A stretch of 64,000 nucleotides of DNA. It comes from Octopus vulgaris (lineage: Eukaryota). Under the pieces are notes generated by a model. It ran no database searches. It was not told the origin of the DNA and saw only the letters and a list, made by a program, of their open reading frames with translations. A program made the translations under genes and the position numbers. The DNA is taken from assembly GCA_951406725.2 (NCBI GenBank), contig OX597817.1, positions 45,818,001 through 45,882,000 of the forward strand, in the 5' to 3' direction. Shown piece by piece: positions 24,990 to 39,555 of this stretch; position 1 is the first letter of the stretch; every line of letters starts with the position of its first letter.

Positions 24990-25660
24990 GTTAGTTAGTT
25001 AGTTAGTTAGTTAGTTAATTTTTTGGCTCCAAAAGAAAAAATCAAGGCCATGTAGGGGGACATGGAATTATGTACAGGTAGGGGGTTCATGCAAAGAGTT
25101 CAGGCTATTTCTGGCCAAGAGAGACTTTGAACCGAGCGGTCGTCGGCATCTTCACCATCTCGTCCGGCAGCTTATTCCACGGATCCGCAACCCGGGCGGA
25201 GAAAGCCCCTCTCCTTCGATTGAGATGAAATCGTCGCAGATAGAGCTTTTCGGAATGACCCCGTAGCCGACGCTCTGGAGCAGGAGTGAAGAACAGCTCT
25301 TTCGAGAGGTTACACTTTCCACTTATAATGTTGTGAGCAAGAATGAGATCACCACGGCGTCGTCGTTTTTCTAGAGAATAAAGGTCGAGCGTCCTCAGCC
25401 TTCATAAAACAAATTCTTGAGACCAAGAACCATGCGGGTAGCCAGCCTCTGGACTCTTTCGAGATGCTGTATGTCTTTGAGGAGATAAGGAGAAGAGGCT
25501 TGAATCCCGTACTCTAATACGGGTCTCACCAGCGTGACATAGAGCGGTAGGAGTATGGCTGCTGTGAGCATTCCGAATGACCGTCGAATCAAGAACAGAA
25601 CTCCGCGTGCTTTGTTGGCAGTATGGATGCACTGGGCCGGAGTCGAAAAGGAGGAATCCG
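24990..25660 (-). mobile_element. CR1-clade LINE 3' end with (TAAC)n tail (different family from 1-1035)
   Basis: LPLYVTLVRPVLEYG..LERVQRLATRMV..LYSLEKRRRRGDLI..LRGHSEKL..FSARVADPWNKLP. The (GTTA)n tract at 24990-25017 is the tail. Confidence 0.9.
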
Positions 25661-27597
25661 CCAGAGATTTCGATAATGAACTTGAAACGAGTAATCTTAT
25701 CACGTTAAAATGATTTTCCTTACTCTGTCAAGTACAATAAAGATACATTAAATTTCTTTACATCTTGCATCCCTGTGTATTTTCAATTTGCAGGTAATCA
25801 GAGACCACGAACGAAATATTACAAGTATGATATCACGCTCTGGCCTCTGAAACTACAACTGAGTCCGTCCATTAAACTGCACTGAAGAAGAAACATTGAC
25901 TAAAAACTAATGGATGTGGAATTTATATACATCAAAGTTTAGATTAAATAAAAACTCCCCCGATGAAGCAATAGAGCTAAGGGAGAGAAATGAACATGAA
26001 ATGGTTTAAGAATGCTAAACGTTGTAGTTTTACCAATTAAACAACAATCTTTATTACAGAGCTTGCATATAGTTTGTAGTGGGTCTTATTTCGTTTAGCT
26101 TTTAGCCAGGCGATTAAAAAAGCTTTTAAGGATGTTTATAGGGACCCCGAGATTGGTGGGAGGGAAGAATAGAATGTCAAACGGAAGAACTGGACCGAAT
26201 TTGTGCTACAAGGCTGCGTACGCTGACGATACACAAAGTGTGATGTGGATGTTTTACGAGGGGTGACATATGAAAATCACCATGTAGTTTACGATATTTT
26301 TATTGGATATCCAAACATGTTGGCCATAGCAGGACTTGAAATCAGATCCAGAAAAATATCGCAAATCATCCGACTCTGGGTGTTCATATGTACGCTCCTA
26401 TGAATATCAAATTTTGTAGATATATGAACAAAGAAAGGTTTCCTCGGTATAAAGGATCCCGATTTTCCGAGACATAATGAATCAAGGACGATATTGTCGT
26501 TCATATAGCTTTTTATTAAGATATAAGGGAATAATTTGGGAGGTGCTTAATAGGATTTTTTTTTTTTCAAGCCAAGTTACAAATTAAACAATGGTCTTAA
26601 ATTCAATAAGGAAGTCCACAAAAGACTTGCATATGTCAATAGCATGATGTAATTTATTTATTTCGGGTATTTACATACCCGATTCCATATAGTAGATTCC
26701 CTAGAGGAACATAGCATATATAGAAAAATTTATAAATATTTAAACAAGTAGCACACACACTCGCTCACAGAGATATACAGTATGACAATTTGCATTAATG
26801 GGTGCACAAACATGCATTTGTACTAAGCATAGATGTTTGTAAACGCACACACACATATACAAACATAAATAAACACACACATACTCACACATATATGTAT
26901 ATATATATATGTGTGTGTGTGTGTATGTTTGCTTACAATCATGTACATATACATATATATATATACATGGAAATGCACACATTTTTATTATACATAATCT
27001 TGCTCTTATCTTTGACATGAGAAAGTCAATTAAGAGGTCAGTTAGTTGATTACTCGAGCAATTTAGTAAACATTAGGTACTATATAAATTTATACTTTCA
27101 GCGGATGGTATATGTTATGATGGCTACATATATACGCAGCAACACTATAGACTCGTTATTTAGAGTTATTTACAATTTTATTATTCAGCACTTTTTTTTT
27201 TTTTTTTAGCGTAAACGTGTTTTGCTAAAAGGCTTCTCATACAATTTTATTGTTAAGCTTTATTTTTCATTTTATGGCAAGTATATTTTATCTTTGCACA
27301 TGCAACCAATCATATATTGTTTCAAGCGTTGAAAATAAATTCTTCTCTTAAATTCAGATAAATTATTTATTTTTATTATCGATATTTGAATATTCATATT
27401 AACGATTTCCATTTGTTTTATTAAATATTCGTTCGAATATCGGAACGTGTATCATGGAGTGAAGAATTTTGTAGATCTTATTTTTAATAAATACTTTGAT
27501 TTTCATTGTTTGAATTTACATACATAGGCATATATTTATACATAGATTTGTGCACGTTTGTATTACCTATAACATGACTGATAGGCATTTTCTTAAT

Positions 27598-28105
<508 letters not shown>

Positions 28106-28469
28106 TATATATATATATGCACAATGATAGATTGTTCATCAATTAAGTTGAAGATATTTCTTTAACATTTCAGCTTTCACATCAATTCAGGACGATATAC
28201 TCAACAAGTTTGCCGAGTGGATATTCTTATAAAATACTGACCTGTATGATAAGAAATCGAACGACAGCAACACATAAAATTACTAGTATGAAACAGCTAT
28301 TTCCATCATTATGGTGAAAATGAATTATAGTTAAAGGTGCTGTATTTGTTTTAAAATACGCACTGGCTGTCGGTCATGCCGGTTATTGAATAACGTGCTG
28401 TGGAAATAAGCATCATCTAAATTTCGAAGGGAGATGCCGTCCACATATCTGTTTCTGCGACATCATCCC

Positions 28470-28672
28470 TTACATCTGGGCAAATAATTCCCCTTGATTA
28501 CTATATGTGGGGCACATTTGAGCGAGAGACCAACACTTCTTATAACAAGAAATATGAACTAAAGGCAAGGATTATGGTAGCATTCAGCAACTTAAACAAG
28601 GAGACTGCCCACAGAGATGCAGGATATTCCAAAGTCGTCTGGAAGCCATCGTAATGGCTTCCAGACGATTTT
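28470..28672 (+). mobile_element. Tc1/mariner-superfamily (maT/DD37D-like) transposase C-terminal relic ending in a fold-back hairpin
   Basis: PLDYYMWGTFERETN..ELKARIMVAFSNLNKE..CRIFQSRLEAIV, with a hairpin at 28631-28672. Confidence 0.65.
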
Positions 28673-29225
28673 ACTCTTCGTATTTCAAGATATTATTATG
28701 CAAGTTTGGTAAATATATCCGTTAATATGAGATGTCAGTGTTATTACTTTTTGCATAATTTAAACGACAGTTTATTCACCGTACCCTGTATACACGCACG
28801 CACACACACACATATATACATACATATATATACATATATATATATATATAAAACATATATTCGTTATGCATGTATCTGCATAGATAATTTAAAATGTGCG
28901 TACTTATATACTCAGACAAAAAAGAATAGAGAGGGGGAGATGGGGAGGCATTATGAGGGAAAGATGGAAGTCAGCCAGCAGATGGTAAAATTTGTAATGT
29001 ATGTGGCGGTAACTAAAGTCCGTACGTGAATTCATCCATGAGTCCTTCTTAAGCATTATATCAAGGCGGTGCCTCAGTTTCAAAGCACACGGATTGGAAA
29101 ATTAGAGCTAACATTCCGACAATGCATAACAGCTTTTCAAACATAATATCAGCCAAAACAGTATCAGAGGAGATATTGGTTGTTAGGCATACAATGCACA
29201 CGTACACGCACACACATACGCACAA

Positions 29226-29362
<137 letters not shown>

Positions 29363-29380
29363 TCCCGACATATATACATA

Positions 29381-30222
29381 CACAAGGATTGGAGAAAATA
29401 ATTAGAATTGGAACAGTAGAAATTTAACTCCAATATTTTAATGAGCCATTATATTAGAAATATCCATTCAAATTTTATTGTGAGTGCTTTTTTGTTTTAT
29501 AGATGGTTTTATTTATATAATTTAATGATTATTTCAATATCTTTTTCATATCCTAGTATAAATTAAGCTAAGATGCGTGACCTCACTGAGTTCTAAAGAG
29601 GGCAAATTGTTGGAGCTCAAATGGCAGGAGATTCCGTCACCAAAACACCTGAACTCCTTGGTTTTCGAGAGCCATCATATCAAGGACCATGAGTAAATCC
29701 GGCAGGACTTTGAAGTTCACTAAAAGAGACCGACGAGGGTTTAATTGCATCATGATGAAAAATCCCCAGACAACTGCCCCTAAGGTGACTACAGAGTTGA
29801 ATCAACATCTGACTAACCCAATTTCGAACAAAACTTTTCGTCGTGAGCTGAATAAACGTTGAACTAGTGTAGAGATTACAAGGGCTGGTCGACAGAGCAA
29901 TGGAATCAGGAAATATTCTCCGACGGGCTCAACAAAATGTCCTAGCTTCTAGCCCACGACATAGTAACTTTGGCAGGTACATTTTAATAAACATCAGACT
30001 AGCCAAACATTTTACGTAACATTGACTATTATTTATTGACTGTTATTTTATGTGTAGAGGCAGCACGGGGACGGTTTTAATTCTGACTACCTTCTTCCTA
30101 CAGTGAAGCGCAGAGAAGGGTCTGTGATGATTTGGGCAGCCATTTCTTGGAATTCTCTTGATTCAATCGTTGCACTGCATTGTAGGATCAGCAGCAATGA
30201 TTATCTGAATATTTTAGGAAAT
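29381..30222 (+). mobile_element. Tc1-like transposon relic
   Basis: From ATG 29573: MRDLTEF*RGQIVGAQMAGDSVTKTPELLG, TTAPKVTTELNQHL, WNQEIFSD, LPTVKRREGSVMIWAAISW..DYLNILG. It carries stops, frameshifts and an internal interruption. Confidence 0.85.
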
Positions 30223-30330
30223 ACATACAAGGAAGAGCACATAAATGTGAAACAAGGAGGTTATGCTTTATTAGTCTGAGTAACAGAATTTTGAGATGTT
30301 TTTGAAGCTTTATTGATAAAGTATATATAT

Positions 30331-30705
30331 AAAGGGCGAGCTAGCAGAAATGTTAGCACGCCGGGAGAAATGCTTAGCGGTATTTCGTCTGTGTTTACGT
30401 TCTGAGTTAAAATTCCGCCAAGGTCGACTTTGCCTTTTACCCTTTCGGGGTCGATTAAATAAGTACCAGTTACGCACTGGCGTCGATATAATCGACTTAA
30501 TCCATTTGTCTGTCCTTGTTTGTCCCCTCTGTGTTTAGCCCCATTGTTTATGTTCTGAGTTCAAGTTCTGCCGAGGTCAAATTTGCCTTTCACCCTTTCG
30601 GTGTCGATAAATTAAGTACCAGTTGGTACTGGGGTCGATTTAATTGACTGGCCCCGCTGCTCAAAACTTTCGGTTTTGTGCCTAAACGAGAAAATATTAA
30701 TAAAG
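30331..30705 (+). mobile_element. SINE group C, full unit plus partial second unit
   Basis: GGCGAGCTAGCAGAAATGTTAGCACGCCGGG..GCCTTTTACCCTTTCGGGGTCG, with the core repeated at 30548-30650. Confidence 0.85.
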
Positions 30706-30817
30706 TATATATATATATATATATATATTATTTTATATTATATTAGAGATAAAACCACTATTAGGCAAATCAATCCTAAATCTTTCCCTTTAAGTTTGGA
30801 TTTACTTCAAAATATTT

Positions 30818-30859
<42 letters not shown>

Positions 30860-30860
<1 letters not shown>

Positions 30861-31405
30861 TCTTTTCTCGTAATGAGATGAAAAAACCAAGGCTGTATAG
30901 ATTTTAGAACATTTATAGATAGAAAGTCTTCCAGCTGTTACCAGGATATTTGTTACATCCCTTCATCGGAGATGCTGTGAGGAGATGGTTAAGTAATATC
31001 TAATTTAGATAAGCTACACAATTCAGGGTGAGGTGGAGGAAAGAAAATAAATGCGGGATATGTAGGGATATTATATTTGTACATCAATTTTTTAGGCAGA
31101 ATGGTATAGATATAAGATTCCAATAGTCTTTAAAATTGGTCAATCCAAGTATAGAGTTTATACACAGTGTTATTCGATCAAGGGTTTTATTTAAATTGAC
31201 CTATAAATAGAGAGTGTAGTAAGGTAAAATTGAAAACAGGAAGAGAAGAATAAAGAAAGGGAATAACAAGAGAAATATTAGAAAAAGAGAGGAGGAGAAT
31301 AAAGTAAGAAGAAAACAATAAAATAATAAAAAAGTTAAAAAATAGAATGAGAGGAATAGAAGAAAGAACGAAATAAGAAAAAAGAAAACTAAGATATAGG
31401 AAGAG

Positions 31406-31410
<5 letters not shown>
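30860..31410 (-). mobile_element. PLE-like non-coding 3' fragment between (TA)n tracts with a decayed hammerhead (30927-30972)
   Basis: Minus strand: TCT-CCGATGA-AGGGAT..ATCCT-gGTAA-CAGCTG-GA-AGA. Two core positions are mutated. Confidence 0.45.
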
Positions 31411-31448
<38 letters not shown>

Positions 31449-32025
31449 TTAGTGAAGTCCCTGAACAGGAAATATACATATGTTCCTGATATAACAGGAA
31501 ACACAAATAAAAAATTTACATGAAATAACCATTAAAATAGAAGTGAATTCAAAACGACAGATAGATTATAATATTCGATGAAGGGCTTTGCTACTTTGAT
31601 TCTGTGTTATAATTTCGTCCTGGAAAGGATGTTTCCAGAAACCAAAGTCATAATACACAATTAAAAGAAAATGAATGTCAATCTTTCAACTTCAACATAG
31701 ATGCGAGGAAAAGAAATTAAGAAAACTGGTAGGAATATAAGATGTGCATTGTTTAATGTAAAGAGAAGAAGCGACAAAGATAAGGGAAGTAAGTCAGATA
31801 TAAAATATGGAATGGCAATGGAAGTAGAAAGATCATGAAATTTACTGACGAAGTGAAATTGGGTGTTGTCGGTGAATATTCATATCTTGTGTCTTAACTC
31901 AATTCACAGAGTAAGAAACATACACAAATGCACTAATACACGCGCATGCACACATTACGCGTATGGATATATGTAAGAAGTTACATACATATATAAGTAA
32001 ATACACATATACTCATATATATATG

Positions 32026-32063
<38 letters not shown>

Positions 32064-32123
32064 CAAGGATTTCTTAGTATGCACATAATTATATGTATAA
32101 ATATATCAATATATATCTATCAA

Positions 32124-32187
<64 letters not shown>

Positions 32188-33064
32188 GAGTGGGGACAGC
32201 TAAAGAAACGAAATAACCGAAGAAGAAAAGTAATATTATTTCTAATTATAAAGTGGGTGGAGTTTTGATGTAAGCGATATTGAAAGGAGACACAGCATAA
32301 GAGATAGATTATAGGTGGAGATAAACCAGAGTTGCTCTCAGCTGCATGTGAGTGATTTATTGACAGAAATACTAAAAGTAGCAGTCAGAGTCAAATTGAT
32401 ACAGACTGTGTAACATACAGGAAAAAGAAAAGTACCGTTGAAATAATGAGAAAGAGACAGCCACGTGAAAGAGAGAGAGAGAGGCAGAGAAGCAGAAAGA
32501 GATAATTCTTTTAAAGTGGCACATGTTATATTGAGGTACAAAGTGCATGTTAAGATGAATTATGAGAGATATAAGTCGAAAAAATATGCAGGAAGAAATA
32601 CATAAAACGTGACAATATTGGAGATGATTGAAGATAAGGCAGGGAAAAAGAGTGTAGAAATGAAATGAGAGAGAGAAAGAGACAAGGCTGGATAAAGAAA
32701 GAAATAATTTTGAATTAAAATAGAAATATAATGAGATATAATAGTCTTAACGTTAGATACAAATAGGGAAAGATTTATACAGAAATTCTCAGCGTGTGTG
32801 TGTTGATGCATGAGTGAGAATATGTTGGTACATATACGTGTATTTGAATGAGCTTGATTGAGTCTGTATATGTGTGAGTGTGTTTCTATATTTGTTTATT
32901 GGAAGTATATTATAGAGAGGTAGTCATAGAAAGTCAGAGACGTAGGACTATAAAAGCCACGGAATGCTATAATAGATATTCTAAGCGATATTAATAGAAA
33001 ATGTCAGAATGCGCAAGTTTAAGTATATATAAATATATGTATATGTATGATGTATGTATGTATG

Positions 33065-33134
<70 letters not shown>

Positions 33135-33135
33135 G

Positions 33136-33166
<31 letters not shown>

Positions 33167-33509
33167 ATATGTATATATATATGTATATATATAGATATAT
33201 TTATTTATCCTTTCATTTATCTGTCTCTATCAATCCATCTCTCTCTTTCTCAATAATATATATATATATATCTGTGCGTGTGTATATATATATATATGCA
33301 CGTAATATATGTATATATATATATGTGTGTGTGTGTGTGTTTGTGTGTGTGCGTGTGTATGCATATATATATGAATGTGTGTCTGTGTGTATGCACATAT
33401 ATATATGTGTGTATATGCGTAAGGAACGTTCTAATCATGTATGTATATAATATAGATAGGCAGCTAGAGAGAGAGAAAAAATAACACAGGCAGACAGACA
33501 GACAGTAAG

Positions 33510-33711
<202 letters not shown>

Positions 33712-34382
33712 TGTATATCTAAGGAGAAAGAGGGAAGTGTAGAAGAGAGAAAGAGATTTTGTTAAAAACTTATGTAAACATAGAAAGATAAATATATGAT
33801 GACGCGTGTGAAATGTGTACGGGTGGAATGAATTTTTGATTTGATAGTTTACAGTTCATACAGGAAAATTATAAGGATGCTGAGGGGGTGAGTTTTCTAA
33901 TGTTTTTGGTATTTTTTTTAGTTATTTTTAGAATTTCATCTCCATGTTTTATATGGGTTTTTTTTATCTCATATAATATCTCGAAAATAAAACTTATAAT
34001 AATAATATAATAAATAGATATGTAAAAAAACCACGCACACAAACACAAACTTTCACATGTACACACGTATGCAGATTTGTCCAACTATATAGAAATACGG
34101 TAAAACATAGTCTGAAGAAAAAAAAAAACACCATAAAGCAGAGTAGTAGTAGTAGTAATGCTAAGGTATTAATGGTACCTAAAACTGTAAAAACTAAACG
34201 AAAAGACGTGTTTGTACATTTCTGAACGAAATTTAAACTCTAAAGTGAATCTTTATATTTTTGTTGTTGCAGTTTCTGGTTTTCGCTCTTGTTTTCGTTT
34301 GATTTGTTCTTAATTTTATTCCATTTATTTAAAAGATCAAATTGATTACTTTTCTTTATTCTTTTCATGTGTTATTATTCTC

Positions 34383-34456
<74 letters not shown>

Positions 34457-35329
34457 TATTATCTTCATCGTCGTCATCATCGTTATTATTATTAGTGGCT
34501 TCATTTACTTTTTTTGTTTTTGCCTTGTTTATCTCTTTCTCTTGACTAATACATACTTAATGTGTAGATAACGAAAATCGATAACTGCATACCTAATGAT
34601 TGATATATACATTCTTTAAACGACTTTCAAGGAAAATTAACCATTTAGTGCTAACATGACTTTTATAGGTCTTTTCACCAAACTGAACATCAATGCAAGT
34701 TTTCGCTTATTTCAATATAGAACTTAGCGTTTTATTTAATACAGACATGCATAAATACAAACGCATTAATGGCCGTACATGAATAATATCTATCGATCTA
34801 TTTATTATTTACCGACAGCTCCTTTCGTCTAACCCTTTCTTTCTCCCCCACTAATGCTCTCCCGATATATGTAAGTGCTGGGATGTGTACGTGCATATGT
34901 GTGCGTGATTGCATGTTTGGTGATTATATTTGTGGGTGTGGGTGCTTAAAAGATATAAACACAAGTCACATTTGGGTAATTTTATATGAACTTATTTGGG
35001 TAAAAAACATCAATGATTGCTTTATATCTGAACATAATATTTGCTTTTACTGTTGGAATGTGTTTTACGCTTACATCATTTAATCTAGTGGATATTTGTG
35101 CATATATTTCGATATGAGTTACTTTAACAGAATACAAATATTAAAGAATGCGTAGATGTCAATACGAACCATGAATGCATTAAAGACGATCCAGTACCGT
35201 CTCAAGTAATACGGTACTGATTTCATTCCAAAATGGAAGCAGCTCTATTTCTTATCAAAACTATTAACCCTCTATTTATGTTTCCACTGTGAAAAGTTAC
35301 AAGGTTAACATATGAATATGTATATGTAT

Positions 35330-35690
35330 GCAGGAGTGGCTGTGTGGTAAGTAGCTTGCTAGCCAGCCACTTGGTTCCGGGTGTCTTCTGCTATAGCCTA
35401 GGGTCGACCAATGCCTTGTGAGTGGATTTGGCAGACGGAAACTGAACGAAGTCTGTCGTATGTATATATATATGTGCGTATGTGTGTGTGTTTCTGTGTT
35501 TGTCCCCCTAGCATTGCTTGACAACCGATGCTGGTGTGTTTACGTCCCCGTCACTTAGCGGTTCGGCAAAAGAGACCGATAGAATAAGTACTGGGCTTAC
35601 AAAGAATAAGTCCCGGGGTCGATTTGCTCGACTAAAGGCGGTGCTCCAGCATGGCCGCAGTCAAATGACTGAAACCAGTAAAAGAGTAAT
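35330..35690 (+). mobile_element. SINE group B, near full length, followed by an inverted orphan tail (35695-35750)
   Basis: Head, internal microsatellite, and tail GGCGGTGCTCCAGCATGGCCGCAGTCAAATGACTGAAAC. Confidence 0.88.
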
Positions 35691-35831
35691 TCTTTTATTC
35701 TTTTGCTTGCTTCAGTCATTAGACTGCAGCCATGCTGCGGCACTGCCTTGAAAAAAAAAAATATATATATATATACACACATATATATATACATATATAT
35801 ATATACATATATATATGTATATATGTATGTA

Positions 35832-35906
<75 letters not shown>

Positions 35907-36212
35907 TGTATATACGCAAGGGCTCCACATAGTTTCCGTTTAGTAAATTACGTTGCCGTGCTTCATAAGGCCAGGTCTACAGAGTGACTGCTTACAAAAT
36001 CTCGGTTGCAAAGTGATTTTCTTAACTGCACAGCTATACATACCTAAGAGGAGAAATGGAGACAATCCGATAGCATAATGAATATGAAATATTTCAATCT
36101 ATGTAGGGAAATTACCCGGTAACCAAACAATTTAGGATTAAAAGTACATCGTAAGCGTTTACAAGAACAAATAGGATCATAATTCAGAAGTTCGTTGAGG
36201 CTCAGTATCACA

Positions 36213-36271
<59 letters not shown>

Positions 36272-36274
<3 letters not shown>

Positions 36275-36415
36275 GACCGTTTACCAGATCCACTCACAAG
36301 CATTTGGTCGGCACCCGGCTATTGTAGAAAAAGTTGCGCAACGTGACACGCAGTGGGACTGGGCGTAGCACCATGTGATTGGGAAGCAAGATTCTTGCCA
36401 CTCCTGCTCCTGTGC
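36272..36415 (-). mobile_element. SINE group B, 5' half
   Basis: atccactcacaag..cacgcagtgggactg..accatgtg..ccactcctgc. Confidence 0.7.
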
Positions 36416-37148
36416 ACATATATAGACATTTATACTTATATATACGTATGTATGTACATAAATCCATTAAAGTATACGTGCTCGTATATATGCCTACACG
36501 TATGTATACATTTATGCTTTTATATATATGACATGCAGAAATCAAAATTTTAAAGGTAAGGGAATATGGAAGTAAGGAAAAAGACAGAATCTTTCAAAAC
36601 TTTAGCAATTTTAATCTCCAGATATAAACATTAGGTCCCACAGATTTCATTCAGACTAAGCGAGAAAGGAAGAACTTGCATTAACAGCGTCGATAAGTAA
36701 CAGACAGTGCATGAAAGACTGTGAAGAATGTAGATATTATAATTTATTTGATGGAATTATGGTTGTTCCATATTTGCTAGTGAAAAAAAATCAATAATAG
36801 AATATGCATATCGTACAGCAAAAAAAAAAGAGGAAAAAAACAAAGAAACAAACACGTGACTGCTGAATCCAAGTATACGTATGATACAGGTGCTAGAAAG
36901 TGCATGCAATAATTCGGTGTTCTTGACTGCAAAAGAAAAACCAAAAAGAAAAACAAAAATAAAGCAATTTTACAGTACATTGTGAAGATATTCAAAATAA
37001 AAAAAAAATTATAAATGTAACCAACGATGAACAATTTAAGTCTGTGATGTGAACTGCATAACATTCCTGCAATGATCTCAATATGTGGAAAGAAAGAGGA
37101 TTAGTGTCACAATTTGTACGCGGATTCACAAGGAAGACAGATGATATA

Positions 37149-37199
<51 letters not shown>

Positions 37200-37267
37200 G
37201 TGTGTATAGAGATAGATAAGTAGATAAATAAATAGATAGACAGATGGACGGACAGACAGACATACAT

Positions 37268-37324
<57 letters not shown>

Positions 37325-38257
37325 CATATATATATATGTGTGTGTGTGTGTGTATATATGCATACATCCATACTTTCATGCTTTCATACACACATACGCT
37401 AACACCACACGCATACACACACACACACACACACTTTTGAAAACAGTTTTTATTGCGTACCTCTGCTTAATGTCACCCTAAGAGTAGAAAGTGTAACAGA
37501 GCAGCAATATCGGCGAACTTGTGACTGTCACTATAACATTTGGTATGCGTTAATTTTTACGCTCTCCCGCAAGGAAGTACATCGAAAGCCCCAGGTTTCT
37601 TGAAATTAAAAAGAGAGTGTGAATTTGGTCCGTTGCCGTAATGGCATTACCATACGCATTTGCAACAATGAAACACTGGTACACTATCAGCGACTCTTAA
37701 GCAGCGGTACCAAGCTCGCCTTGTGTCTTTGTCGATTGGATTGTAGAAACAAGGTGACGTGTTTAGTGTAATGTGCACCCATGTTTAAACGCATACACAA
37801 AGCCAAACAGAGAGAGAGAGAGAGAGAAACTAAAAACAAACACACACACACAGATGCGTACGCACGTGTGTACACAGGCGTGTAAACATGAAAATACATA
37901 AATGCGTATTTCCAGACGATTGAAGATGTGAAAATAATAATTTTCTTGTTCTTCAAATGGTGTCTCCATATCCCCGATGATGTAGAGGCGAGATATGTAT
38001 TTCGAATCCCTTTCGTGACCATCCCCTTAATTTCTTCTAAGGTTGTCCCTTTCTTTATTAAGCAGTACATTTTAGATATAAAAACAACTAAATTTCACGT
38101 GCCGATGACACTAAACCACGACTTGCAGCTTAGGTGGTTGAATGATGCTACCACGCGAGTCTGCATGTTTGATGCGTGATTGAAGTCTATACGAGGCTGA
38201 CCAGTATTCATCCAGTCCAAGTGATATTTTGTACATTTTTATGCCAGTATATATATA

Positions 38258-38302
<45 letters not shown>

Positions 38303-38514
38303 TTAGTTAATCCAAACAAGAAAGCACAAAAAAAAACACAACAACGCGAGGACGTGGAACAAATATAGTATTATTAGACGCTCAGGAAAGAAGGAAAGAA
38401 GGAGGGTTTAACGTTTCGAGCGGAGCTCTTCGTCGGAAACATAGGAGAAGGAAAGATCCAGAGAAGGGAAGACAGAGGGAAAAAAATCGCCAACGGTACA
38501 CATGCGGTCACATT

Positions 38515-38518
<4 letters not shown>
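38303..38518 (-). mobile_element. Solo PLE terminal repeat with CCGACGA hammerhead-like motif (38406-38440), inside (TA)n
   Basis: Homologous to 3217-3440, with (TA)n on both sides. Confidence 0.85.
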
Positions 38519-38556
<38 letters not shown>

Positions 38557-38559
<3 letters not shown>

Positions 38560-39245
38560 GTTATTAAGAATGAAATGTCCAATTTTCTTATGCACTAAAT
38601 TTGACACTCGTTAACTAATGTTTTATCCTGATAATTCGTTGTTATATAATATTGAAGAGTTACATCATCACTTTTCGAAATGAATTCTTGGTGTCTGATT
38701 ATATTGTGAGTTTTTATTCATGAATATGACTTCCGTCGTGGAACCAATGTATCTCAGCTCGAAGCAGCGATGGGGTGTTTGATGTAGATGTGGTGAATGA
38801 GTGTACTGTACGTTGATGGTTTCAGTAGTTCCTATGTGGTGTTTTACTCTTGAATATCAGTCCCCTCGTAGACTTGAGACCGAGGTGGATAGTGAGGAGT
38901 TGGAAACTAGTTGAAGTGGATACATCTCAAACTACGCGTGAGTTAGCAGTAAGTTTTGATGTTTCGATTCCAACTGTATTGGACTTCCTGAAACAAATCG
39001 GCAAGGTAAAGAAGCAAGACGATGGATACCACACGAAGTGAACGAGTATCAAATGAAACGCCGTCTTGAAACTTGCTGTAGTTTGTGGTCAAGGCATAAA
39101 AGCGTGACATTTTGGTATCGTTACGTGTGATGAAAATACAATCCAAAAAAGAACATTCACTAAAGAAAGCTAATGGTGCCTGTTTGGTGATCCAGCGCAG
39201 GTGTCATACACTATAGCTTCATGGGACCTGGTTAGTGAATAACAG
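38557..39245 (+). mobile_element. Mariner (DD34D-type) transposase relic
   Basis: HEYDFRRG, ECTVR*WF, VEVDTSQTTRELAVSFDVSIPTVLDFLKQIGKVKK, WIPHE, IVTCDE and GVIHYSFM, with many lesions. Confidence 0.85.
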
Positions 39246-39449
39246 AAATTAGATTTCTCAAAACCAGAAAGGAAAAATCGAATTTGAAGACAACAGATCC
39301 AACCCATCACTGGAACTGTAAAAATCTGTAAAACATTCAACAAGGTTATTTAATATATATATGAGCATGTCTAGATATGCAACTATATACATGATGATAC
39401 TTAAAGCTAAACATATAAATCTGCACCTATACCTATGTACATACATACA

Positions 39450-39555
39450 AACAAAACTACCCTGAAATTTCAATGAAGTAGCCTTGGATCTGCATTAGAA
39501 ACCGGTTCTTTATTGGTAAGAAATCTTGAAATAAAACTGAATAATGGCATATGCA
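39450..39555 (+). repeat. Dispersed repeat (inverted copy at 48800-48920) with a decayed hammerhead-like motif
   Basis: (T/C)CAATGA-AG..-aGAAA-CCGG-TT-CTTT..AAGAAATYTTGAAATAAAACTGAA is present in both copies. Confidence 0.55.

Noticed and set aside
25850-26250. AAYADDTQ and LLARRLK, suggesting an ancient L1/Tx1 RT relic
   Set aside because: It is too degraded to support without a profile search.
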